The notes: a model not told the origin generated them from the letters alone. 64,000 nt of DNA from a virus (IMGVR_UViG_3300031998_000028:1-64000); one strand, 5' to 3'; positions 35,171 through 46,695 are shown, counted from the first letter of the stretch. Program-made: numbers and translations.

Positions 35171-37504
35171 TTATAGACTTGAAATACTAATTACATGGTT
35201 ATTAGTTAATTTTATTAATCTGACGCCTTGTGTATCACGAAGGGACAGTGGAATATCATTGTACTTGATACGAATTTGAGTTGTTGTTGAATTAATGAGT
35301 ATATCTTCAGTAGAAACCAATGGTATAAAGTCACACATTTGTTCTGATTTTTGGATACGTACACCTTTAGTGTTAGTATTTGTAATATTAAAATCAGAAA
35401 GACGAGTAAGTTTACCATATCCATCTTCAGAAATACTGAATAGCTCTTTTGTCGTGGCTGGGATGGCTCGCGCGCTCTGTACGTAATCACCTGGATTTAA
35501 TTTCATACCCATAATGCCACGAGTTACACGACCAATAGCATTGATAGTGGATGAATTAATCATTATAAATTGACCTGCGCGTGACATTATGCCTATTTTT
35601 TCATCTATTAAAGTAAAGATAGAAGTAATTTCATCACCTGTATCTAGCTTTACAGCTTGCGCGCCGGTATTACGTTTGAGATTATATTCACTGAGCTTAC
35701 TTTTCTTTATGATGCCCTTACGAGTTATAAAGACAATAAAGCGATTTTCTTGTTTTGGATTTAGAATTACTGCGGCCGTGGCATTATCGGTAAGACCATA
35801 AGCAGAGAGATACTGTTTTTCTCCAATGGCAAAAGCATTGAGTTTTGTATGATAATAATTTCCTTTATTATTAAAGAAAAGAATTGTATCTGTATTTTGA
35901 CCTATAAGATTATCGACAATAAATTCATCAGAGTCAAGCTTAAATTTTGCACCGACTCCACCGCGGCGTTGTGTAAAGAGACTGGATGTTTCTATTACAA
36001 ATACTGCACCTTTGTTGGTGAAAGAAATAGAAAGTTGTTTTTCTTCTACTACTTCATCTTCATCGGAGATTATGTCCATAATTTTTGTGCGGCGCGCGTC
36101 ACCCAGTAGTTTAGAAATCTTTTGAAAACCTTTTTCAATTTCTTTATAGAAAAGAGTTTGGTCGTTGAGGATAGCATTAAGTTCGTCGCGCTTTTTCTCA
36201 AGTTCTGCTTTTTCTTTTTCAAGCTTTTCAACTTCCAAATGAGCAAGGCGTGCAAGCTTAAGGTCAAGGACGGCTTTTGCTTGGACATCATCAAGTAGGA
36301 ATTGTTTTGTAAGTTCAACGCGCGCCGTCTGTGAGGATGCACTAGACTTGATGACTTGCACTACTTCATCAATAGAAGCAAGACAAATCAAAAGCCCTTC
36401 AAGGATATGAATGCGGGCTTCTACTTCGTGGAGGTCATATAGAAATCCACAACGATAGACGAGTTTTTCATGTTTTAAATGCTCTTCAAGTGCTGCCTTC
36501 CATCCAAAAACTTGCGGGAAGCGGCCATCACGCAGCATTGTCATATTAATGCCGTAGTGAGATTGAAGTGAGGTATTTTTATAAAGTGATTTAAGAACTT
36601 TGGTTGGATTAGCCTTTTTGACGAGATAAATTTTTAAAAGAATTTTTTCTCCAGTGAGGTCGTTGTAGCGTTCAATACCAGGGTTGTCTTCGGATTCGAT
36701 TAAAGCATTAAGTTCTTCTCGGATTGTAGAAGTATAAACATTGTATGGGATTTCGGTCACTACAAAACAGTTATCTTTGGGGTCCCATTCGACCGTACTT
36801 CTTAACTTACAGGCCGCGCCCGTTCCATTTTTTAATGACTCTTTTACTTGGGATTCATTGAGTAAGGTCGCGCCCGTCGCAAAGTCTGGCGCGCAGTATA
36901 TATCTTCAAAGTCTATATCTGGATTCCACAATAATTTTATAAGTGCTTCATTGACTTCTTTAATATTGAATTGTGGAATCGAACTTGCTGCGCCAACTCC
37001 GATACCAAGAGAACCATTTACTATATTATAGTATCCTTTAGAGGGAAGAATTGCAGGATATTGCTTAGTATCATCATAGTTATCACGCCATTCTGCAATT
37101 GTGTCTTTATCTATATCTTCAATGATATGATTAAAAATCTCTGCCAGGCGTGCGGAGGTATAACGTGGAGCAGACCAGTTACCAGTCATTTTTGCATCGC
37201 CATTAGAACCTTCAACTTCGACAAGCGGATAGCGCATAGCAAAATCTTGGCTTGCGCGCATTATAATACCTTCACAAGAAGCGTCGCCATGAATGTAATA
37301 GTCTGCCATGGCGAGACCAATGGCGTTATTTGTCTTTTTGAACGGCTTACTATGCACAAGTTTATTTTGATACATAGAATAGAAGATTTGACGCGCAGAT
37401 GGCTTGAAGCAATCACGCACATCAGGAAGGGCGCGAGATTGTAATACTGCCCCAGCGTATGACGTAAAGGCAGTATTAATTATATCAGTCATTGTTTGGG
37501 ACAT
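35171..37504 (-). CDS. gyrA: DNA gyrase subunit A
   Basis: RALPDVRD, HGD, APRYT (catalytic Tyr), PDFATG, beta-pinwheel CTD with GyrA-box-like QRRGGVG. Confidence 0.9.
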   Translation of the reverse strand: MSQTMTDIINTAFTSYAGAVLQSRALPDVRDCFKPSARQIFYSMYQNKLVHSKPFKKTNNAIGLAMADYYIHGDASCEGIIMRASQDFAMRYPLVEVEGSNGDAKMTGNWSAPRYTSARLAEIFNHIIEDIDKDTIAEWRDNYDDTKQYPAILPSKGYYNIVNGSLGIGVGAASSIPQFNIKEVNEALIKLLWNPDIDFEDIYCAPDFATGATLLNESQVKESLKNGTGAACKLRSTVEWDPKDNCFVVTEIPYNVYTSTIREELNALIESEDNPGIERYNDLTGEKILLKIYLVKKANPTKVLKSLYKNTSLQSHYGINMTMLRDGRFPQVFGWKAALEEHLKHEKLVYRCGFLYDLHEVEARIHILEGLLICLASIDEVVQVIKSSASSQTARVELTKQFLLDDVQAKAVLDLKLARLAHLEVEKLEKEKAELEKKRDELNAILNDQTLFYKEIEKGFQKISKLLGDARRTKIMDIISDEDEVVEEKQLSISFTNKGAVFVIETSSLFTQRRGGVGAKFKLDSDEFIVDNLIGQNTDTILFFNNKGNYYHTKLNAFAIGEKQYLSAYGLTDNATAAVILNPKQENRFIVFITRKGIIKKSKLSEYNLKRNTGAQAVKLDTGDEITSIFTLIDEKIGIMSRAGQFIMINSSTINAIGRVTRGIMGMKLNPGDYVQSARAIPATTKELFSISEDGYGKLTRLSDFNITNTNTKGVRIQKSEQMCDFIPLVSTEDILINSTTTQIRIKYNDIPLSLRDTQGVRLIKLTNNHVISISSL

Positions 37505-37733
37505 TATCATTCTCCTTTATTATTCGTTCATATCTAACATAAGGAGTACACTGACTAGTTAGCAAAGCCGCCCAGTTCATTCCAAGCATAAAACCAATAT
37601 CAAAATCTTTGGAATCAGCATAAGTAGAGTTTTGTATATATTTTTTATACTCACCAGACATAATATTATTTACAATAAAAGTTTGAAATTCTTTTTGGTC
37701 AATAAAAATACCACTTATTTTTTCGTTTTCCAT
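37485..37733 (-). CDS. Hypothetical protein between gyrB and gyrA
   Basis: AAGGAG SD and its own promoter. Confidence 0.65.
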   Translation of the reverse strand: MENEKISGIFIDQKEFQTFIVNNIMSGEYKKYIQNSTYADSKDFDIGFMLGMNWAALLTSQCTPYVRYERIIKENDNVPNND

Positions 37734-37760
37734 AATACATACTCCTTCTATTCTATATCT

Positions 37761-37789
37761 ATTATATCATAAAAATTGAGAAAAGTCAA
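37761..37789 (-). promoter_or_regulatory. sigmaA-type promoter driving gyrA and the heptose cluster
   Basis: TTGACT-N17-TATAAT with TG. Confidence 0.8.
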
Positions 37790-37801
37790 ATTTGGCTTTT
37801 C

Positions 37802-39661
37802 TCATTCTCTTATTGTCTGAAAATCTATTTTATTAAAGACATAATCTTTTCGAGGTTCACCATCTTTGCCCATTAAAGCTTCAAGTAATGAAATAGAATC
37901 CGAAGCTGGCATTATCTGCTCAAAGCGTTGAAATTCTGGAGAAAACATTGAAGCGCGGGCTTGTGATGGAGTTAAACTACCAAGACCTTTATTGCGCTGG
38001 ACTTCACCTTTTACTTTTCCTTTAACTTTATTAAATTCATCATCAGAGAAGTAATAAGACTCTGTTTTTCCATTTTTCACTATATAGAGTGGGGAACGCA
38101 ACCAATAAAGGCGACCTTCTTGGATAAATTGCGGTGCGAGATATTGTAGACAAGCCATTATAAGAAGTGAGATATGACTTCCATCAGAGTCCGAGTCAAC
38201 ACAAATCCCAAGTTTTCCATAGCGTAATTTAGAAGCGTTATATTTGCCAGGAATTATATTCATCGCACTCAGCAGAAGTTTGATTTCTTCGTTCTGAAAT
38301 ACCTTTTCTTCGGGATTTGAAAGTGCATTAATAATTTTTCCACGGATTGCCATTAAACCATATTTCGTATAATCGCGCGCCTTTGATATGGAGCTGGCCG
38401 CAGAGTCTCCCTCAACTACCAACAGTATTGAGTCTGGCCCAAGTTTTTCTGCATCAAAGAGCTTATCGGAAGTAATCATTGATTTCTTTTGATTACGTTC
38501 TATTTCTTTTGTGGCTTCAAGAACTTGTTTGCGCGCTCGCTCGGCCGCGGCTTCTGCACGGGCTACCTTTTTCATTAATTCTACGATGCTTTCAAATTCA
38601 TCGGGATAACGCGCTTTCATATTTTTGAGAGCATTAGAGAAACAGTTGGAAGCCATTGTACGAAGATTTGTGTTATTGATTTTTGATTTGGTTTGGTTTG
38701 CGAAAGATGGTTGAGCAACAGAGCAATTAATTACATAGAATAGATTTTGACGAATGCTATCGCCATCAAAGTTTTGTTTTGAAAGTGAATTGAATGTGCG
38801 AGTAATTGCTGTTTTCGCTCCGGTGATGGGGCTGCCGCCTTCTGGACAGAGCAAACCATTTACAAATACATATGATTGCTCTCGTTTTGCGCCCCATTGG
38901 AAAGCAATTTCGAGCTTGTCGCCATTTGTATCAGTAATTGAGTCGTAGATAATAGACTTATTGAGGGGTTTTTCAATATTATCTTTAATGAAATCTTTTA
39001 TTCCATTCTTTGCGCAGTATCTATTTTCTTTATTAGTCTCTTCATTTTTAATTATAAAAGTAATACCGCTGTAAAGATAGGAAATATTTTTTATATCATC
39101 ACAAATTTTATCAAAAGAATAGCCAATTTCTCCGGTTTTAAAAACTTCGGGGTCTGGAATAAACCAGACTTCGGTTCCATTCGGTTGTGTAGTTTCTATT
39201 TCTTTATAGGAGTAAAGCTCGCCTTTTTTAAAATATGCTATCGCTTCAATTCCATCACGAAAGCTATCTACTTCAAATTCTAAGGCACTTAAACATACAC
39301 AAGAGCCTCCCACGCCGTTGAGGCCACTTGCATTTTTATATGCACCTTCCTCAAACTTTCCACCAGTATGAGATTTGGTATATACATCCACTAGTACTTC
39401 AGAGCCAGTTTCACTTTTGCCAAATGGGACGCCGCGCCCGTAGTCACGAATACGAATAGAGTTTTCTTTTTCGTTTACTGTAATTTCGATTTTAGTGCCA
39501 AAACCAGCTATTGCTTCATCGGTAGAGTTATTAATAATCTCTTTAAAGGCTTGATAAGTACCGTCTATATCATTACTACCAAGATACATGCTAATGCGGG
39601 TTCTAACACCCTCACGAAATGAAAGAGATTTTATATCTTTTATTCCATATGATTCATTCAT
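37802..39661 (-). CDS. gyrB: DNA gyrase / type IIA topoisomerase subunit B
   Basis: EIINNSTDE, DYGRGVP, HTGGKF, GLNGVG, VEGDSA, RGKIIN, DSDSDGSHI, KGLG. Confidence 0.92.
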   Translation of the reverse strand: MNESYGIKDIKSLSFREGVRTRISMYLGSNDIDGTYQAFKEIINNSTDEAIAGFGTKIEITVNEKENSIRIRDYGRGVPFGKSETGSEVLVDVYTKSHTGGKFEEGAYKNASGLNGVGGSCVCLSALEFEVDSFRDGIEAIAYFKKGELYSYKEIETTQPNGTEVWFIPDPEVFKTGEIGYSFDKICDDIKNISYLYSGITFIIKNEETNKENRYCAKNGIKDFIKDNIEKPLNKSIIYDSITDTNGDKLEIAFQWGAKREQSYVFVNGLLCPEGGSPITGAKTAITRTFNSLSKQNFDGDSIRQNLFYVINCSVAQPSFANQTKSKINNTNLRTMASNCFSNALKNMKARYPDEFESIVELMKKVARAEAAAERARKQVLEATKEIERNQKKSMITSDKLFDAEKLGPDSILLVVEGDSAASSISKARDYTKYGLMAIRGKIINALSNPEEKVFQNEEIKLLLSAMNIIPGKYNASKLRYGKLGICVDSDSDGSHISLLIMACLQYLAPQFIQEGRLYWLRSPLYIVKNGKTESYYFSDDEFNKVKGKVKGEVQRNKGLGSLTPSQARASMFSPEFQRFEQIMPASDSISLLEALMGKDGEPRKDYVFNKIDFQTIRE

Positions 39662-39663
39662 TT

Positions 39664-39924
39664 TTATACCCTCATTTCATCTGCGGCATTTATTAAATCC
39701 TTTTTTCTTTCATGTTCAAGTTTATTTAAATTATTAAAACGCTCATGCTCTGTTCTAAATTTCTTAAAATCATCAAGACAATTATTACACAGGCAAACGC
39801 CTTTTTCACCAAACCAAACGCCGCCCCATTGATAAGAACCGTTAGATTGATCTTTGTTAGGTAAAAGAAATGCAACCTTATTTTCTGTCACGCGGCCGCA
39901 TCTGTCACATAGTTTAATATACAT
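39664..39924 (-). CDS. Small Zn-finger hypothetical protein
   Basis: CDRC...CNNC; SD present. Confidence 0.65.
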   Translation of the reverse strand: MYIKLCDRCGRVTENKVAFLLPNKDQSNGSYQWGGVWFGEKGVCLCNNCLDDFKKFRTEHERFNNLNKLEHERKKDLINAADEMRV

Positions 39925-39955
39925 ATAAAAACTCCTTTCCCCATTCTATAACTCT

Positions 39956-39996
39956 ATTATACCATAAATTTAAAGAGAAGTCAAATTTGACTTCTC
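39956..39996 (-). promoter_or_regulatory. sigmaA-type promoter with -35 inside a perfect 22-bp palindrome
   Basis: TTGACT-N17-TATAAT; GAGAAGTCAAATTTGACTTCTC at 39975-39996. Confidence 0.8.
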
Positions 39997-39997
39997 C

Positions 39998-41284
39998 TTA
40001 ATTACCTTTTATATAGTTAGTATTTTGATTAAACACTGTTGTAAGATCTGCTTGTTCAACCCATGAGCCACTTACTTTTTTAAAGGCTTTTGTTATCTAT
40101 ACCCAACTTCCATTATTTTTAAAATATATTGTGTTTGTACTAGCTGTACTCACTACAATAGTATGGTCAGCAGTAATATTAGTAAGTGTATAACCCCAAT
40201 ATGTACGAGGAGTAAAAGCTTCATTTAAAGTAATTGAAACTTTAAATTGCAGACTATCATTATTAGAATCTGTGTAACTGTCCTTAAAATACTTTACATA
40301 AATGTAATGTTCTCCAGCAGTCACATTTGAATATGTTACAGTCTGCACACTGGACGAGTTGTTGTTCTTGCCGTTCCAATAGACATTTGATGTATCAGCA
40401 CTTGCGTTAGTATTTAAGGTTTTGTCTATATTTGATAGTAAACCATAGTCATATGTACTTTCTGCATAGTTAATTACACTAAATGTTATCGTTGCCGCCA
40501 CCGGAAGAACGAAATCCACCCGGCAGACGGCCGCAGAACTCGCATGAGCTTTGTTGTTGGACTCATAATAGTTGTTGTTGTTTAGGGCAAAGCCATAGGT
40601 TGTTGTTATATTTGTGACTGTATAACTCGCGCCCGTTTCTGTTCCCTAAACCAACTGGCTCGTTACATCGACGTTATTATCTGTGACGGTCGGCTTTGTA
40701 TCTTGATAAGCCTTGACTGTAAGAGATGTTCCTTCAAGAACACTCGTCGTTCCGCTCGGAGAAACGTCTGTTCCGCTTACACTTATGTTATGATAGACGG
40801 GAACGGTGTACTCAACATCTATTTCCGCACCATAAATATATATGTATGCGGTATTATTTCTATTCGACCGCTTGCAGTTGATTCGGATACCAAAGTTATC
40901 CCCATAACCTTTTAAGGTAGCCCAAGTTATTGTCGTATTTGAAAATGTCCTCGTTGCGGCCGATGTTCCGAAAGACGAAGCGCTGCCCGCAGAGCTTACT
41001 TGGGTCGTTCCATTATAACAGTAGAATGTGCCCGTACTGCCGTTGGTGTGGTAGCCTCTAAGCTTGATAGTTATACTGCTAACTATTGCATCATCCGGGA
41101 CAGAAGAGAAATTGAAGCCCCTTAAATATATATATCGGTTTGATGTTGAACCATTTATGTTTTCGACAGTGGCATAGGTACTGCTGTCCGTATTTGTATA
41201 GGCGTTTTCTGCATTGGTTACAGTTAGGTAGTTCGTTCCTGCATAGTTATATAGAATAGATGGTACTAATCTTGCTGTTGCCAT
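39998..41284 (-). CDS. Ser/Thr/Asn-rich beta-sandwich virion/adhesin protein (428 aa, TAG=Gln)
   Basis: Track ORFs 40646 and 40097 join through TAG to TAA; C-terminal KNNGSWVQ...KKVSGSWVEQ repeats. Confidence 0.7.
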
Positions 41285-41292
41285 GATTCACC

Positions 41293-42459
41293 TCACGATG
41301 AGGTTTGGAGATAAATGTCTCCATTATTTCCTAAACCAGCAGAAGGAATGCCAGTTCCTGTATAATATGACTAAATTACAAGACTACCAGTAATAGAACT
41401 ACCTCTAACATATGCTGTTTTATTCTATAAAATATCTGCTGCAGAAGCTGTAGCATCTGAAGTAAATGTACCAGTTATACTTGTTATACCATCAGTAGCG
41501 TTAGCATCGCCGACTTTAACGGTACTTCCCATTTTGATTACACCTGCTGTTAAACCAGTTAAAACTACTGCTTTAATAGTTTGCTTACCGGTTAGGTATT
41601 GCCCTGACGCGATTGTTTGATCGGTGATCTAGGGATAGTATGTAGTAGCTGCTTTTACGGTAAGCTAAGATGTACTACTGCCACTGACCGTGATAGTTCC
41701 GGCTGTACCCCCATAGTTCCTTATATATCCACCCGAAATAGTTGGGGTTACGCTTTGTGACGCACTCGCCGTTACGGTAATCAAACCTGTCGAACTGTTC
41801 ACACTGATAGACGGATTTGCTGTTATTGTTGTGGCGGGAGTCGTAGCCGAGCCATTCGGAACAAGAAAATCGGTATAATTTGGGTAATATCCGGAATATC
41901 CATACACTACATATCTGCCACTGTCATACTCACCATTTAGAGAGGTACGAACCGGCACCCCAGACCCAACATAAGAACTGCTGATGGCATTTATCTACAC
42001 CGAATTTAGACCATCGTATCCAGTATCATAAGTAATTGTCTAACTAGATTCAGTTGGTACAATACCAGTTTTTGTCTAAAGATTTGGAGAAGCTGCTGAG
42101 ACAGCTACATTAACTGAAGCATAGGCTGCGATGTCAATTCCGGTTCCGTTGGCTGTAATTGTTGAAGTGCCAGTAGGAACTATATATTGACTTGGAATTG
42201 CATTTATCTAAACAGAAGATAATCCATCATATCCATTATCTGCTGTAATTGTCTAACTACTTCCTGTTGGAGATATATTACTTTTTGATTGTAATACTGG
42301 TACGCCACTACCACTACTACCTGTGCCTGTAACCTATGTACCATCCGCAAGATGGCCAACATAACCAGATAGAATATGACTAGCGGAGGTAACTGTATCC
42401 TATGATAAGTCAATAAGTGTAGTTCCATTTGCTGTAACTTTATTATAAATTGTTGGCAT
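41293..42459 (-). CDS. Tail-fibre-like Thr/Ser-rich protein (388 aa, TAG-rich)
   Basis: MPTIYNKVTANGTTLIDLSQDTV; internal repeat LQxKxxIxPTxSSQTITxDxGYDGLxSVQINAI; ends TGA. Confidence 0.75.
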
Positions 42460-42471
42460 ATCAGTTCCTCC

Positions 42472-43383
42472 TCACGATGTGCGTATTAGTGACATATGGT
42501 CACTATCCGCGCCGGTTCCGGATATTCTCATATACTTTGCGTTTGCCGGAATATTTGACCCGCTGATATTTCCATACCCAGTGTTGCTGTCATCCGGGTC
42601 GGCTGTGGCATAGTTATAAACATAAATAGTTGCAATTGCAGCCTTTGCTTCTGTATAGAATGCCATATATGTCCACAGTCCTGCTCTGTAAGAGAAGTTC
42701 ATTCCGGTCTCAACAGGTGTATAATCAGAAGCATAATACCATTGCTGAGATGTGGCGCCGCCCTGAGCGTCTATTGTCGTATCGCTAGATACTTTTGTGT
42801 AATCAATGAGTTGCGTATTAATTGGAATAGTAGTTGGTTCATACCATGCAACGTCATCAAGCTCGGCGAGGGTTACAGTCTTATTGTTATACGTCACAGG
42901 AGTATAAGAAGTTATCATTGTACCAATTAATGAATCATCATAGTAGACATCTATATCTGTATCTGTACTATCAGAAAATTCTAAATGTATAGTGTGCTAT
43001 GTAACTGATGGTGTGCCACCACCGCTACTATTACTAGCGGTAATTTCTGCTGTTATACCGGTGCTATTTGCAGAATCGGTAATAGTAAATGAGTTAGGCA
43101 CATTGACTATTACTGAAGAATATCCATCTGCACTATCATCTACAGCGGAATACGTAGCATTAGCTGCAATATTTTTTGTAATTAATACTGCGCTACTGCC
43201 GCTGCCTGCAACATTAACAGATGCAATTGCGTATGAAGTAATATCTATATTTGAACTATTTGCGGTAATTTCTAAAGTTCCTTGCGGCCTTATATATGTT
43301 AAAGTAGATGAACTACTCGCGGCCGCTTTAAAACCAGCAACATTACTATAAGTTGTACCAAATATGGTTAAAGAGTCAGGCAT
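42472..43383 (-). CDS. Tail-fibre-associated protein (303 aa, one TAG)
   Basis: Track ORFs 42997 and 42472 join in frame through TAG. Confidence 0.7.
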
Positions 43384-43802
43384 TATGCCACCTCCACATA
43401 TAACCCCACTAAATCAGCTAAATTATTATATACAGGCACTCCAGTACTACGAGTACAACGATATACAATATCATTTTGGCTATAATATTTATTTTCAATG
43501 AGTTCCATATTATTATTGTATGGGATTGGGTTATCAATAGAATCTCCTTGACCTGGGCGCTCAACTTCTGCATAGAGTGAGGCAGTATATATAGATGGAG
43601 GATAGGTTTCTTGAGAGGTATGGTCTTGAAGAACTTTCCATAATTTTTCGTCGTAACGAAGACGAAGATTTTGTTTATAGAAGGTGTCTTTTGTCCATAT
43701 TGGATATAATTCAATTGAATTTAATGCATCAGAATCAGAAAGTGATTCCGCGGCTTTCTCAATATAGGGGCGTAATTGTCTTGCCCGTTCTGTATGCGTC
43801 AT
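43383..43802 (-). CDS. Protein with CBM5/12-like carbohydrate-binding repeats
   Basis: YPIW...Y..LWKVLQDHTSQ..YPP...SLY pattern; GGAGG SD. Confidence 0.65.
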   Translation of the reverse strand: MTHTERARQLRPYIEKAAESLSDSDALNSIELYPIWTKDTFYKQNLRLRYDEKLWKVLQDHTSQETYPPSIYTASLYAEVERPGQGDSIDNPIPYNNNMELIENKYYSQNDIVYRCTRSTGVPVYNNLADLVGLYVEVA

Positions 43803-43819
43803 TTTTCCCTCCAAAATTA

Positions 43820-43984
43820 TTAAGTGTCATATTCTGCACCTTCATCTTTAGGTGGTGGTGTTGTTTCTTGTACTTGTTCGCCTAATAAAATGCGCGCAGC
43901 ATCAATATAGTCTTTAAATTCTGGATCAATTAATACCTTGACTTTTTGATGGCCATTTTCATATGTTGTTTCTATTTTAAACAT
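43820..43984 (-). CDS. Small hypothetical protein (tail-fibre chaperone-like)
   Basis: 54 aa; shares AARILLG with the upstream gene. Confidence 0.5.
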   Translation of the reverse strand: MFKIETTYENGHQKVKVLIDPEFKDYIDAARILLGEQVQETTPPPKDEGAEYDT

Positions 43985-44204
43985 CGAGGTCTCCTAGCAA
44001 AATGCGCGCGGCTTCTGCATATTCTATTTCTTCATCTTTTTCGTTGAGAGGCATTAGCTCTCCTTCTGTGTATGTTCGCTAAAATTCGGCTGGGTCATAG
44101 GCCTCACTATATGATACATTGTCACGAACAATATAACGATGCGAATTAGAATATGTATGAATAAATTCTTCATCATTTATATAAAAACTTTCTGTTATAA
44201 TCAT
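43977..44204 (-). CDS. Small protein, paralog of 44204-44431 (TAG=Gln)
   Basis: MIITESFYINDEEFIHTYSNSHRYIVRDNVSYSEAYDPAEFQRTYTEG. Confidence 0.75.
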
Positions 44205-44431
44205 TATGATTCTCCAATGAGTACGTCGTAGGCGGCGGCCTTGTCACTTGTTTCATCAGAAAACTCGTCTGGTGGTATTAAGTCCCCCTCGGTATAAGTG
44301 CGCCCAAACTCAGCCGGGTCACACGCTTCTGAATATGAGACTCCATCCCGGACAACATAGCGGTGAGCGTCTGAATATGTCCGGGTGAACTCGGTTTCGT
44401 TTATATAAAATGTTTCAACTATAATTGCCAT
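44204..44431 (-). CDS. Small protein, paralog of 43977-44204
   Basis: MAIIVETFYINETEFTRTYSDAHRYVVRDGVSYSEACDPAEFGRTYTEG. Confidence 0.75.
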   Translation of the reverse strand: MAIIVETFYINETEFTRTYSDAHRYVVRDGVSYSEACDPAEFGRTYTEGDLIPPDEFSDETSDKAAAYDVLIGES

Positions 44432-44442
44432 ATTGTCCTCCT

Positions 44443-45792
44443 TTACGGCGATTCCTCAAATATATAATCCGCATAAGTAGACCAGTTAGTTGCTGTCTTA
44501 TAAGCATTGAGTACGCTGTGATCTGCGGAGTAAGGTACATAGATTTTCTTGCCGCCTGCGTCTGTCATGTTGGTAAATGCATTGGTGTCGGTAAGAGTCG
44601 GAGGTGTGGTTTTTGCGAAGTGAAATTCAAATAACTGCCTTGCGTTGTTGAACATATTCGCACCAACAACGGGCAAGCTTGCAGGAAAGACCAGACTCGT
44701 TCCCAAATCTGCACAGCCTCGGAACATTTCGCTTGTGTCTGTCGCGCTTGACATATCCCACGAATTTATAGTTATTTTTTCAATGGCGTTGCAACTATGG
44801 AACATAGCGGCAAAATTTGTTACCAAATCAGCATTCCATCCAGAAATATCAACTTCGCGCAAATTGTAGCAATACTAAAATGTTTGTTTAAAGGAGGTTG
44901 CTGCATTTGTTTCCCATTCACTCACATCTACTGTTTCCAACGCAAAGCACTGATAGAATGTTTGATTAAAAGTTAAGACTTTTTTTACATTCCATCCGCT
45001 TACATCAACAATTTTAAGATCACAACAATTATAGAATACCAAATTGAGACTTGTTACATTGGACGTATCCCATCCTGTTGTATCAACTTTTACAAGATGC
45101 CTATTATTATAAAAAAGACTTTCCATACTCGTGGTACTGGATGTAATAAAATATGGAAGCTCAGCCAATATTAAGGCATCATTATCTCGAATCATGTGGT
45201 TCCCCGCACCGCCTGTCATATATAGATGTTCAAGAAACTTCATAGCCCGGAACGTCGTACTTGTCGAGTTTTGCAGTTTGCCTCTTGCTTCAGCTAAACC
45301 TTGGTTTGTGTTGAAACGATATTGCCCGTTATAGCTGTTTATGCCGTTATAGTTAGTCGTAAAATATGTTATATTTCCTGTGACACGGATAACTTTATAG
45401 CCGCCCAAAGCAGACCCAAAATAAAGCTGACAGGCGTTGTTGGAGTTGTAGCTTTGCGTGGAATCTGCCGTGAACGTAGACCCGGAAATCGTGCCGACTT
45501 CCACGGTGTACTGCCCGGAGGAAGTCTTGCACTTTATGTCGCAGAAGCCATTTGCCTCGTTTGCGATATAAGTCAGATAGAGGATGTTGCCGCTGGATAT
45601 ATCGAGGTTGTCAAGATTAGGCCAATTATTAGGGCGTGTCCACACAACGCTACTGCCACTCGGAATATCCTCCACATAACTTGCAAATCCATCCTGTCCC
45701 CATGTCAGATCATTCTGTGTTCCGAGCTTTGTCTTTATCGCATCTGCGGTATCATCAATAGAGTCCGTAGGGACTATCATATATTCACTCAT
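44443..45792 (-). CDS. BspA/DUF285-type leucine-rich-repeat surface/receptor-binding protein (449 aa, one TAG)
   Basis: Repeats WDTSNVTSLNLVFYNC / WNVKKVLTFNQTFYQC; C-cap IYVP...YKTATNWSTYA; two track ORFs join through TAG 44875-44877. Confidence 0.8.
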
Positions 45793-45804
45793 GGCTTGAC
45801 CTCC

Positions 45805-46695
45805 TTACGTTGATGGAATTTCAGTATCATCGGCATAGTGCGTTTCATAATACGAACCTTCAATCTGCGCCCATGTTATCGTGCCATATCCGTCAATAGT
45901 AGACCAATTTGTAGCAGCTTTGTAATCGGATGAAGTGCCGTCACCGAGATGGTCATATAAAGATTTTGGGATATAGATTGTGCCGCCTGTACCGCCTGAC
46001 GCAAATGGTGTATTTGTAAACGCTGAAACATTCGCTAACGGCCACACCTTATTAGCGTATCGAATAATTAACGTATTAAGGGCCGTCGCTCCATTAAACG
46101 CATTAGCATATATACTTCCCGGAGCATTAAGGCTTGAACTACCAATATCTAAATACACCAACGCTGTACATCCAGCAACAAACCAAGACCATATATTCCC
46201 ATTTTTAACGGCAGGAAAAACAAGCCCTGTTATAGATGTGCAATTTTGGAAAAACCCAGTCGCAAGATTTGTAATTATATCAAATCCTAAGCCTAAATTT
46301 ACAAGATTTACACAACCTTTAAAAATATAATCGGCTCTATCGAATGAAACAACTTTTGGTAAATTTACAGTCGTCAACGCAGTACAACCCTCAAATGTAT
46401 ATACTTCTGCTGCGCCACGTGCGACAGTTGTAACATTATTCCCGGTAAAACTTGTAAGTTGCGTGTCTCTATAAAATAGATATGGCGGCAAAAAGGTTCC
46501 AGAAAACACTATATCTCCCGGGATATTAGCACTTGCAATATCTTCAAGAGTATACCCGATTTCAATATCCTCAATCGCATCCGCGAATCCTTCCTGTGTA
46601 AACTCAATACTTGCCTGAGAACCGGTCTTTTCTCTTATGGCATCTGCTGTGGCATCAAGTGAGTCTTTTGGCACAATATAAAATTCATTAGACAT
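45805..46695 (-). CDS. BspA-like LRR_5 protein
   Basis: FEGCTALTTVNLP repeats; C-cap IYIP...YKAATNWS; N-terminal DATADAIREKTG anchor shared with the next gene. Confidence 0.8.
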   Translation of the reverse strand: MSNEFYIVPKDSLDATADAIREKTGSQASIEFTQEGFADAIEDIEIGYTLEDIASANIPGDIVFSGTFLPPYLFYRDTQLTSFTGNNVTTVARGAAEVYTFEGCTALTTVNLPKVVSFDRADYIFKGCVNLVNLGLGFDIITNLATGFFQNCTSITGLVFPAVKNGNIWSWFVAGCTALVYLDIGSSSLNAPGSIYANAFNGATALNTLIIRYANKVWPLANVSAFTNTPFASGGTGGTIYIPKSLYDHLGDGTSSDYKAATNWSTIDGYGTITWAQIEGSYYETHYADDTEIPST

